A stretch of DNA of 64,000 nt. Origin: Epithemia pelagica. Taxonomy: Eukaryota > Protista > Bacillariophyta. The stretch covers positions 3,122,671 through 3,186,670 of the forward strand of contig OX337241.1 in NCBI GenBank assembly GCA_946965045.2, read 5' to 3'. The translations under genes and the position numbers were made by a program. Shown one piece after another: positions 46,043-56,225 of the stretch (its first letter is position 1; every line of letters begins with the position of its first letter). Below the pieces are notes generated by a model, which was not told the origin of the DNA, ran no database searches, and worked only from the letters and a program-made list of their open reading frames with translations.

Positions 46043-46938
46043 AATTTGCAACGTACTGCATGTATGTCCTAACATTAGCGGAACTATATAGCATTATCAT
46101 TTTACTCTCAAACAGTAGTTGGATTGTTTTCTTCATGGCATTGCGAACTATAGAGATATCATGTACACCGTTGTACTAGTAGAAAATGAAAGTTACACCA
46201 TCCGGCATGAAACCGCAAACAGGAGTGGAGCCAGGCCTCGGGTAGATGTTCATGGTACCATGCCTCCCTGTGCTGTTGAATGGGTCGAGTTATCATGCTG
46301 TGGAAGATTATATGGCTACGTGCCCGAAACAACATGGCGCAGCGACTTATTTGGACGGTCATCTTCGTTCCGACCATGCGTTTAATTGTGTGGAGTCCGT
46401 TCCTTCTATGGCTAATGCCTGCGTAAGAGGGCAGTGCCCCGTCTTTCGATGCTCGTGGCGGTTTTGGGTGACAGGACAATTGCGAATCCTTTGGAATTTT
46501 TCACACCGACGTGTTCGATATTTCCTCCAATACAGCAACTATTCTATATCATGAGGTCGGTAATTTGCTCGCAATGGACCGAACGGCAACACGGAATCGA
46601 GTCTCGTCGTTCCCACACCACAACCTTCCGAACTACGAACGCAGCCACAAATGAAGAAGTACCTAAATTGGACGAAACTGCTGACGGCGCTATTGCCGTG
46701 GAACCGGCTGTGTTCAATTCCATCTTGGAAGTCGGAGCATTGACGGCGGCGACGACAACGACAACGAATCAGGAAACCTCCACCACCGCTATTCCCTGTC
46801 GCACTATTGCTCGTTCGAATGCTAATGCCTGGAAACAAGCTGCTCCCCATCGCAATGTCTTGCCCCTCAATGATACAAATACAACTCATAGATTAGTCTT
46901 TTTAACTCTAGACTGCCCAAGGCTTTTACGTCGCTTCC

Positions 46939-49900
46939 TCACAGACAGATCCAAAGATAGATACTGTCGCAGAAGTCGACCAGGAACACAGTAGAAAACA
47001 CGATAGAAAACACGATAAGGAAAGTAAGCCACACATAAAAGAAGGGAACCGAGAACCGGAAGGAGACACAGCTTTGGGGAGCGGACGGTTGGAAGAATCG
47101 CCTGAACCGGCGGCGCTGAGCCGCCAAAGCGCGATAAGGCCGTTGCCGGCGGGCGGCGTGGATCCGGACCAGGAAAAGGCGTTAGCGGCCGGGCGCATCC
47201 TGCAAACAAAACTCCAACGGCCGCTGAAACAAGTCTTGGACGGGACGGGGTAAACCCAGGGTACCGCGATCGTATTCCTCTTGGATGGAATGACGAAGCG
47301 CGGCCTGTTCCTGAGCCGCAGCCCGCCGAGCCTGGTGGCCGTTGCGGTGTTCTCACAGGTCCCAGGCGGTGTTCCACAGAAACTCAATCAATGCAGCAAG
47401 CCAACGACGGCCAGTATTGCGTTTTCCCAAAAACTGGTAGTAATCATTCTGACCAGCGGCCTTCGAAGGCGGCATCCCACCCAAGGAGACGCTGGGCCGC
47501 GACCACGGCCGACAAGTTCGGAACGGCGGAGTAAAGAGGCGGAGGAGGCAGACCCTGGCGCCACAAGCAGAGGGCGGCCAGCACGTATGCAGCAATAGCA
47601 GGGTGGGTAAATCGGCGGGCCAACCATGTAGCCAGGGATTGGAGGGTTTTATCCCACAGACTGGAAACCTCGGAGTGTGGGCACTTGAACACGTGGAGGG
47701 CATTCTCCATCGGAAATCCGCAGCGAGGACAAGAGGCGGAACGCCATTGACGGCGACGAACCATCTCGACACCAACGGCAGACCGGTTGGTGGTCGACTT
47801 CACAATCCAGTGTCGACGATTCAGGGGTTGAGCGACAAAGGCGCTCCGATAGGCCTCCCAATGGACCATAGTTTCGGATCCAGTACCAAATTTCTCATGA
47901 CGGTCGAGAAACTCCGTCAAGGGCGGTCCATTGACGTGACTCCGCAGAGCGGCGGTAAAGTCAGACACGATCGTCGCCTGTCCCAAGACCACTGCCGGTA
48001 CACGTCCCATGGGCAACGGGGGAATGCAATCCGGGGCGAGGAGCTCGTACACCTGGGTAGCCCGCTCATCCATGAGCACATTTCTCAATGCCCATCGATC
48101 GAGTTCCTCTCGAGACTGAGAGGAGTCCTGATGTCCCCGGACATGATGTCCCTTCCAGAGCACCGTGGGCATGGATCGAAGGATATCCAGTGTAGCCGAC
48201 ACTAAATCCCAGCTCTTGTCCTGCACCGAAGCCGGTCGGGAGGATCGTAAGACGCGGCCCAAAACGCTCAGGCTATCGGTGGCCATATGAATTATACCGC
48301 CCTTTCCATGACCAAAACGGACGAGACCGCGAACGAAAAGAGCAATATTGTAAAGGCCGTACAGCTCACTGCGAAACGAGTTGTGACTTGACGTAGGCCC
48401 AGGGACACGAACTCCAGCCGAAATCACTTCCAATTCATCAGCCGACGGAGAAAGACACCACGCGCAAGTGCCGTCCACTCCGGCCTGAGCCAAACCATCT
48501 GACACAGCTTCCAGAGTACCGGTGTGAAGAGCGTCCACCAATCGCTGAATCGAAGCCTCACTTGGGCCCACGAACCAGTGCTGGCAGGGTAGAGGCAGCC
48601 ACGCACAAGCCACCGCAACTGCTGAGGGCGGGGGCCCGGGGCGGGGGAACTCCAACGGCAACTCCAGGGAACAAAGAGACCGTCCCTCAAGGCGAATCTG
48701 TGAGGAAGGACGGAACTTGCCAGTCAGAGGCCGTGAGACATCCGCGACGTAGAGGGGGGCACTGAGGCACAGAGCTGCAAATCCGACCGTCTCACCGCGA
48801 AACTCAAAGCGATCCTGGCCACGGCACCGTGGGAGTGGATGAAAGATTTGCCAGGACGTCGGAAGGGCCGGGGAAGCGGGAAGCGACAAGACAGGACAAT
48901 AAAGCCGATCATACCGTCCTGACCACAAGGCACAACTCCGAAACGCCAAGGAGCCGTCCCAGGAACCTAACACTCGGGAGACGCGACGAAAACGTCGGTC
49001 CACTCCGAAGGTGGTAACTAAGGCGTCTTGCCATCCTTTCCAATTGAGGCTAGAGGCGGGCGGGGTACGCGGCCAGTCCCAGGAGTGTCGCCGTCCGCAC
49101 GGCCCACTGTCACCAGACCATGCCATCGCCATGATGTGTTGGTGGTCAGCCGTCACGATATCAGCCAGGGACGCCGCACGGAGGGACAATCTGCACCAAT
49201 TGAGATCAGCCAATTCATGAGGGGAACGAATGCCTGCGGCGTGAAACGTGTCCATGAGCCAACAATCACCCGCGCTAAGCAGCGGCATGTCCGTGATCTG
49301 GAGGTTTGGGATGGTGATCTGGTGGTGCCAGCAGAAGTCCCACGTAGACGTGATCCAGGTGGCTGTGGTGCACCGATGCCAAGTCGTGTACGAATGAGCA
49401 AAGGGGTGTCCGGGAAGCCCTAATTCGAGTTGCAAGGCTTGAAACGTGGCCCGTAGGAGGTAGCCTGTAATGGAGGTATCCGCAAAAAACTGAAGAATGG
49501 TTTTGACGTGCTCTATACCTTGTTCCGTGTAAAGGTTGGGAACATCCAGCCCACCTCGATCCGGGGGACCGTAGACCACCGCACGCGGCATACTGCGAAC
49601 AATATGCGAGCGACTGAGCGCCACTTGTAATAAGGGGTGCATCAAGCGGCGACATTGGTCTTCCGAGAACGTTGAAGCCGGCAGCGGGTAAGCTAGGGTT
49701 TTCAAGATACCCGTTTTGAAGGCTGTCCACACCATGTGATAGGGCAACCGTCGGGTGCGAAGGGTGTCCGTCCAGTCCGCTATCCTCTGGCGCAAATACT
49801 CGAACTCGGCAGCCATGTTGCCATCGGGGGCCGCGCGAATGCCTAATGTGCGACGAGCATGAGAGGGATCCAGTTGTTCAATCTCAACTTGTCGGCCAGA

Positions 49901-52815
49901 GGGCGACCGGACCCGTAACAGAAAGGAAGCATCTTGAGGGCGGAGCATTTCCCATCCACCATTCCGCCATCGAAAGTCCAACAGGTACCAGTGGCATTTC
50001 TGGGGAACCAAAGCTCCTCCCGAAGCGCGGAGAGAAGCCTCCCAGAACACCACACTTTGCTGCATACGGGTTGCAACCGCAGCTAACCGATCCGAATCAC
50101 ACACGCTGACGTCGGAGGGCGGAAGGTTCACGACTAGGTCCGTGTCATCGACGAAGGCGTAGCCGACGAAGATGTATTGATCTCCAGACAGAGGAAGCCG
50201 AAGAAAGATACCATAACCTCGTTGCCGCATCGAATTGAAGATCGGCGTGCTCACGACCGCCCAGATGGCGGGGCCGCCTCCATTACCCTGACCAATCCCT
50301 GGCCTCCGGCTTCAAAGAACACTGCAGAGTCCCCGTACGCCGTGCAAATATAATGACGGAGGGATTGAATAGGACGAAGTGAGGCTTCGACCAATGGGAT
50401 AGGAACGCCACACCGACGCATCGCGAGATCAGCAGCCGTATGACCGATGCGGTCATAGCATGATTTCGCGTCGTTGGAGCATAGGGCCCCTGGCTGGCGT
50501 TGCTGCCGGAACAAATCAAAGGTGAGAACTTTGTTGAGTCCTTGATAAATGGCACTATGGAATTTCCGGCTCCCGTATTGTTCCGGGGCCAAGAGCTGAT
50601 GTTGCTCGGCGTAGGCCATCATCGTGCGTCCCAGAGCTTTATTATTCTGATTGTAGTCTGCCTCGTAAAGCAGGATTGTTCTGAGCTTCGAGACCTTGGC
50701 AACGCCAGGTTTCTTTTCGAGCATTACGTTCAAGCCAGAGGTCCATCGACTAGGGACGTAACCGGTCAAAGTCGGGATGCGGGAAAGGGCCGCGTCGACC
50801 GCCCCAAGGTGCGGCGACCGAGCATGGGCAATAAAGTGCCCAAAATGAAGCCCAGAGCGGCCCGAGGCCGTGTGTTCGCGCATTTTAGCCCATCCAGAAG
50901 CGTACGCCGTGGTCCGAAAGTCCGGGACAGCAGGGGCAGTATCGAGCAGGCCAACCGGACGTCGATGCTGGGCCAGGTAGGCCTTGGCCGGTTCCGAAAC
51001 CAAGGAGGACAACTCCACCGGTATCGTCCCTTTATGTAGGAGCTCCGTCGACGCCGGCGAGCACCCAGTGGGTCCCAATATATCAATCACTCCGGTCTGG
51101 AGCAGATCGGTGCCAGAGGCTTGCCGAAACCGGCGATCGTTCTCTATAAGACATCCTTGTTCAATCGCTTCTTTAGTCGTGACTTCCATCCAGGCTCCGT
51201 TCCATTCGCCATCCTCCCAGGCGCCGTCGCCGACGGGTACCTCGATTCGATCTAAACCCCGACGAGCTGAGGTCTTGAAAATTGACTTAATCACTCGCGC
51301 CTCCCGTCGTTGCCGTTCACGGGTAGCCATAACCTTGATGGCCGACGCTTGCGATTCAAGCCCAGCATCCGCCCGAGCTTGGGCCAACCGAGCTAAATGG
51401 GTGGTCCGATCGGCGGCGGCAGATTTCCTGGCGCATTTATACGCTTCCCAAGCACTATCCCGCTGGTGTTGAAGCACCGCCACATCCAAAGGGTCGGGAA
51501 TGTCGATACCCAGTTTGGTAGCTAACCGGTGAAGATATGACCAACTAACCCGATTGCCCAGAGCTTTGTGGAGAAGCCGATCCCACAGTCGATGCGTTAG
51601 AAGAGCGCGGCTCAAGGACGGTGACCAGGGCAGATGGCCGGTGCGTAAACGCCGGCACTTGGATTCGGCCTGAACTATACCCGTCACTCGCAGGTGATCC
51701 AGATGCTCCCATTCCGTAGCAAGAGCTGGCGTCCAGAGCCCCGTGGAGGCCGCTTGTTCCAGCCGGAATGCCCGGGCTGGAATGTCATTGTCTTGATAAA
51801 AGCGGTTCAGGAAACTATTATACCGGGACACCACTCTGGGATCAGAACACTGAAGCCGACGGGCCGTACTGGGTTGACTGGCTCCCGACGACGTCCCGAG
51901 ACGAAACAGGTCTTGGACATCCAAGTCAGTCCACACCGGACGGTGATCCCCGAGTGTAGAGCCGAACGGGAGATATCCACACGACGAGCTAGGGAGCACC
52001 GAAGACAAGAAAATACCGTCAATAGGGTGTGAACCGCGTTGGTGGGTGGGTGGAGCTCGAGACCCATCATGGCGAGAGAAAACAGCATCACGCATACGGA
52101 AGGGGGCGAAGCAATTGGTGACAGGATTCGTAGGGGCCCGAAGGTCCTCGTTTGCGTCCATGCATACGACAACATGATCATCCGATTGTTGCAGTTCCTC
52201 CAGGAACACCGCTAAATCCTCCAGGAAGGCTTGAAGGGGATCCGTCAGTCGAACAGGATTCAATCCATCAAAATGGACTCTGTGTTGAGACCAGACTGAG
52301 AAGACGTCACGGGAGTTGAACACCGGCCGGTAGGCACTCACGATGACCAGGGTCTGACCCCGGACTCCGCGGAGACGAGCCCAGACCCAGCGTCCCAAAC
52401 CAGAGGGATCCGTGCCACTTGACATCACGCGACCGCAATGCGCGTCCCGGATGATCAATGCCACTCCACCAGGTTGCCGAGCCGACGGGCTAGGAAACTG
52501 CCGAAATCAAGCTGTTTTGCAGAATGTAGTCCGAAACCAAGGGCGAATAATCTGAGACAAATGAGCAGTGTCCTCGACATGCTGCCACGCAATATTAGTC
52601 TCAGATAAACATAACACATCCACATCGTTCGATAGCATAAAGGCCTGAAGGTCGTGATACTTTGGGTGATGGCCGTAGGTAGGTAATCCAGCCGAATTCA
52701 GAGCCACTATCCACAAATACCGGTCTGACGTTCGAGCGTGAAAAGGATCCCCCCAGCAGTCACCACCACAGTCGGCGGAGTTGACCGAGAACAACGCCAT
52801 CTCGCCGCTCCTCAT
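46939..52815 (-). pseudogene. LINE ORF2 (APE endonuclease, RT, RNase H, CCHC finger), disrupted
   Basis: APE: LCLSETN, QPGG, VSAYRP, MDAN, PIDGIF, GDHRPV. RT: LRTILLYEAD, EQYGSR, SNDAKSCYDRI, GQGNG, FVDDTDL. RNase H: VSDG, RSELYG, ATDS, HVRGHQD, NVLMD. Finger: CPRCGFPMENALHVFKC. Lesions: TGA 52507-52509, frameshift near 50300, frameshift near 47450, TGA 47353-47355. Confidence 0.9.
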
Positions 52816-52879
52816 TGCACTTAGCCCCTCGGTGGAACCAGCCCGAGATGAGGACTCGGCCCGGCCCGGGGCATCAGAA

Positions 52880-54739
52880 CTAATGGCCCTGCCCCGACGG
52901 GGACTGCTGGCCCGCCGGGGAAGATGCAAGAGAAGAAAGCTGAGCGCGTACTGTCGCGACTGAAGGATGATTGGGATGAGCTAATAGCACTTGTGAAACG
53001 TTTTGTAAAACTGCAGAGAGTTGAGCCAATACTTGGTCAGGGGTGGTGGAGGAAGCTAGGGAGGAGGTGGTATCGGAGAGAGCGGTGGAGGCCAAATTGG
53101 GAGCAGCCGGCCGACATGGGAACTTGCGCGAGAACTTGACTGGGACGGGGCCGAGCCCCCTGAGACAGTGGAGGCAATCGATGTCCCCTGCGGAAGCGTA
53201 GAAATGCTATCGTGGTCCGCAGCCGCGTCATGGGGACGGACTAAACTCTGGGGAGCCACGAGTTGTATCGTCGCAGAGGAAACGGCGCCCGCCTTCGAGC
53301 AATCTAATTCAGCGTCACTGGTGTCATGGACCCAAAGGCTATAGGAGTCGGCCGGTGAGTCAACCGTCAAAGTGGTAGGATTCCAGGTTGCGCCCACGGC
53401 GCGTTCAAGAGCCTCTTGGTTAAAGTGACGGTACACCACCCGTGACAACAAAATTTCCCGATCCCTATCCTCCAAGTCCGGCTCCGCCGTGGCGACCTTC
53501 CAACGAAGGTACGGCACCAACGCCAGAATCATGGTTCTCGCTTCATCTTCTCGATCAGGGTGGAAACAGAACTGTGTCGCTCCCTCTAAATGGCTGGGAT
53601 CCACTGAGTGAAATAGGCGGTAGCCAGATTGGCTTTTGATCTCCATCAGCCGATCCCGAAGCAAAAGTCCCGAGGTATCGTCGACCACGTCTAAGTCATG
53701 CAACTCCCAAGTACGCATGTTGATCATCGATTGACAAAACTGGAGCTGCCTCAACCTTAACGCCGCAACCTTATTGCGAGTGTTGATGTTCATAAGGTCA
53801 TGTAGCGGCCACACGATGCGAAGTTTAATACCCAAGGGGAATTCCGTTGCCGACCGATCGTAGATGGTTGCGAGGCGGCGCTTGGCATCGGACTTGTGCT
53901 GGCGATCCACTTCAAAGTGGAGAGCCTTAGCGAGTTGCTCTTTAGGTATCGCTTCCGATTGTCCTGTACTGATGGTTCGCCACCGGATCCCGACTTCGTA
54001 TCCTAGTTCCGCAGACAGATGCATGCGGAGAGTGGGCACATGCATCGTCTGAGTGGAATAAAGAGCCCATCCGACTATAGAAGTCGTCTCACATTGAAGC
54101 TGCCGTGTCCAAAGCCCGTGTCTTTCGGCTTGGAACCAACTGGATAGTCCTGCCATTAACTCCGAGAACGGCTTAGTGTGTCCAAACCACACTGAGGGAT
54201 AGATGAACCCTCCTGCCGCTTTAGGAACCACGCGCGGGAAGTACTTTTTGAGCACTCCGATATCGGCTGGTATGCCAGCAGGGGACGAAATGGCTCGGAG
54301 GACACGAACACCGTTGGGCCGATCCCTGTTGTCGAGCTCGGCCCACGGGTGGACCACCAACGACGCATCCACTTCCTGAATCTTGGTCATGAGGTTGGCT
54401 AACGCGCGACGCAGTTCTTCTTCCGGATTCGTAGAGGGTGGAACATTAATGCGTAATTCGTACCGTGCTGTAACGTGGCGAGCCGGGTTCAATCGTAAAG
54501 GCCGAAGATACGGATTCACCACCTGCGTGCGGGAAATACGTGCCCGTGGTTGCGAAACGGCAGCAGCGTAGGTATGTGGTGCCGCCGCGGGGGCTGGAGA
54601 AACCGTGGTCGGCGTAGCGACCGGCTGGTTGACGAAGATATGCACCAGCGGGCCGGTGGCATTATCTCGGGCAACGGTAACAGCCTCAGCCGCATCATCA
54701 GGCGCAGGTTGGGGCGGTTCGGAGCGGGATGTTGGAGTG
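52880..54739 (-). pseudogene. LINE ORF1, 3' portion
   Basis: The 53056-54645 ORF extends without stops to the Copia-2 TSD. A probable frameshift near 53110 leads into the 52880-53095 frame. Confidence 0.75.
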
Positions 54740-55497
54740 TGTTAGGATTCCCACCGAAAACTAGGTGGCGAAACCTACAACTCATCGAATGATGCTAGTA
54801 TTTCATGGCATCCGATGACATTTTCCTAAAAGTGAGAAAAGAATGTCGGCATGCTCGCGAAACTATAAATTTGGCCACGGCATGCTCGCATTGCACGCGT
54901 TATCGGCGACCGCTCGGATATTAACTATGGCCCAACACGTGCGCGCCCAAAACTATCAAGTGCGCGCCTCTACTATCCGAGTACGCGCATCCACGATTCG
55001 ACCTAACGGTCTATGTAATCAAAGCACGAATCACGATCACGCGAGACCATATCTCTGTTCCCACAAATCCAAGAATGCAAACAGCAACGCGCCCAGGACA
55101 AGACTTATACCACGACAAAGCAAGAGCTGTTGCATCCCATACATGTTATCCATCACCCTATACATTCAATATACACCAATGCCGGTCTACTCCAACCAGT
55201 GAGGACCTATCACACCAGATCCATGGCCGTATACAAGAGCCATGACTTCGGCACCATCAACCACCTTAGTTAGTAATCGTCTCACAATCATTAATATCAC
55301 CATTTTAACACTCATCTTAAGACTAACCTCTTATCAGATGACCGACTGCCCCCACCCACGGCGGACTTCGACTTGCAACTCTTCTCTGACCCGTGGAGGA
55401 TTGTTGTGTCGGTTGGTGATTCGATTGTCGGCTCAGCGAGCCTTTTACCTATCCTACCTATCTGTCTAACCCCTGTTGAATCGAGAGAAGTTTATCA
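54740..55497 (+). repeat. 5' LTR of Copia-2
   Basis: Five mismatches against the 3' LTR seen by eye (55271, 55338, 55339, 55369, 55408). Confidence 0.95.
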
Positions 55498-55511
55498 GAT
55501 TAACAGTCTCA
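55498..55511 (+). promoter_or_regulatory. PBS of Copia-2, complementary to the tRNA-Asn(GUU) anticodon arm (half-tRNA priming)
   Basis: GATTAACAGTCTCA directly follows the LTR. Its complement UGAGA-CUGUUAA-UC reads as an anticodon stem, a loop containing GUU, and the first two bases of the 3' stem. Confidence 0.6.
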
Positions 55512-55535
55512 TCGTTTATTTCCGAGAAGCTTTCG

Positions 55536-56033
55536 ATGTCTCACGACGATTCCAACTTCCGCGAGCCGACTGAGTCGACTACCGACCCCGACGTGATCCG
55601 TTCCACAACCGAGCGCGAGATCGATTTCCAGTCCGTCCAACCCGTGACTGACCTTGAGGACATCCAACGACTTCTCGACCTCTTGTACCAGTGCTCGAGA
55701 CGCCGTTTCATTGTCCAAGCCCTGTTGGGCAACCCTGTGGAACCCATCCGTATTCGATTCATCTCCTTTGAACGTCCAACCAACTACTTCCACACCATCT
55801 GGATCGTCAACTCGACGACAAATCCGCTACCTACCCCGACTACTCGTCTCGACGAGTACGTCTCCTTTGTTCACGAGATCCATCTCTGCCAGGATTTCCG
55901 TGCGACTATCTACCCTCTCTTCACTCAACACGTGAACCACTTGTTGGAAGACGACGACGTTGAAGAACTAGCCACTACAGTGACCGATTCCGCATCTCGT
56001 CTTCAGTACCGAGCCGAAAGTGACCAAGAATAA
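55536..56033 (+). CDS. Extra ORF (165 aa) upstream of gag in Copia-2, unknown function
   Basis: ATG 55536 to TAA 56033, uninterrupted, with a globular-looking core and acidic ends; no recognised domain. Confidence 0.45.
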   Translation: MSHDDSNFREPTESTTDPDVIRSTTEREIDFQSVQPVTDLEDIQRLLDLLYQCSRRRFIVQALLGNPVEPIRIRFISFERPTNYFHTIWIVNSTTNPLPTPTTRLDEYVSFVHEIHLCQDFRATIYPLFTQHVNHLLEDDDVEELATTVTDSASRLQYRAESDQE

Positions 56034-56225
56034 GTAACTTTAAGTAGTTTCTAAAACAAACCAGACACAAAACCAAGTCCCGCACATCCGGGTTCCAAGC
56101 ACATCACACATCCGGGTACCTACATGCGTGTCACATCCGGGTTCTTTTCACACCGGTTAAATAAAATTCTCGCAAGGACATCACGCTACACACTGTGATA
56201 ACAGCTGAACCATAAAAGTACTATC

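Noticed and set aside
1-46872. Endogenous giant-virus or poxvirus-like kelch cluster
   Set aside because: No viral hallmark genes; the neighbouring gene has a spliceosomal intron; structure fits host tandem duplication.
46860-46900. Telomere-repeat-specific LINE (TRAS, SART or MoTeR type)
   Set aside because: The 3' junction has no TTAGGG or CCCTAA repeats; it lies in an ordinary spacer module.
47353-52509. Alternative genetic code (TGA = Trp) explaining in-frame TGAs in the LINE
   Set aside because: The same elements have frameshifts and TAA/TAG stops, and kelch genes use TGG for Trp and TGA as a true stop.
54843-55202. 119-aa ORF (and the 75-aa ORF) repeated at 61971 and 62370
   Set aside because: They lie inside the LTRs, so the repetition reflects the LTR duplication. 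No protein features.
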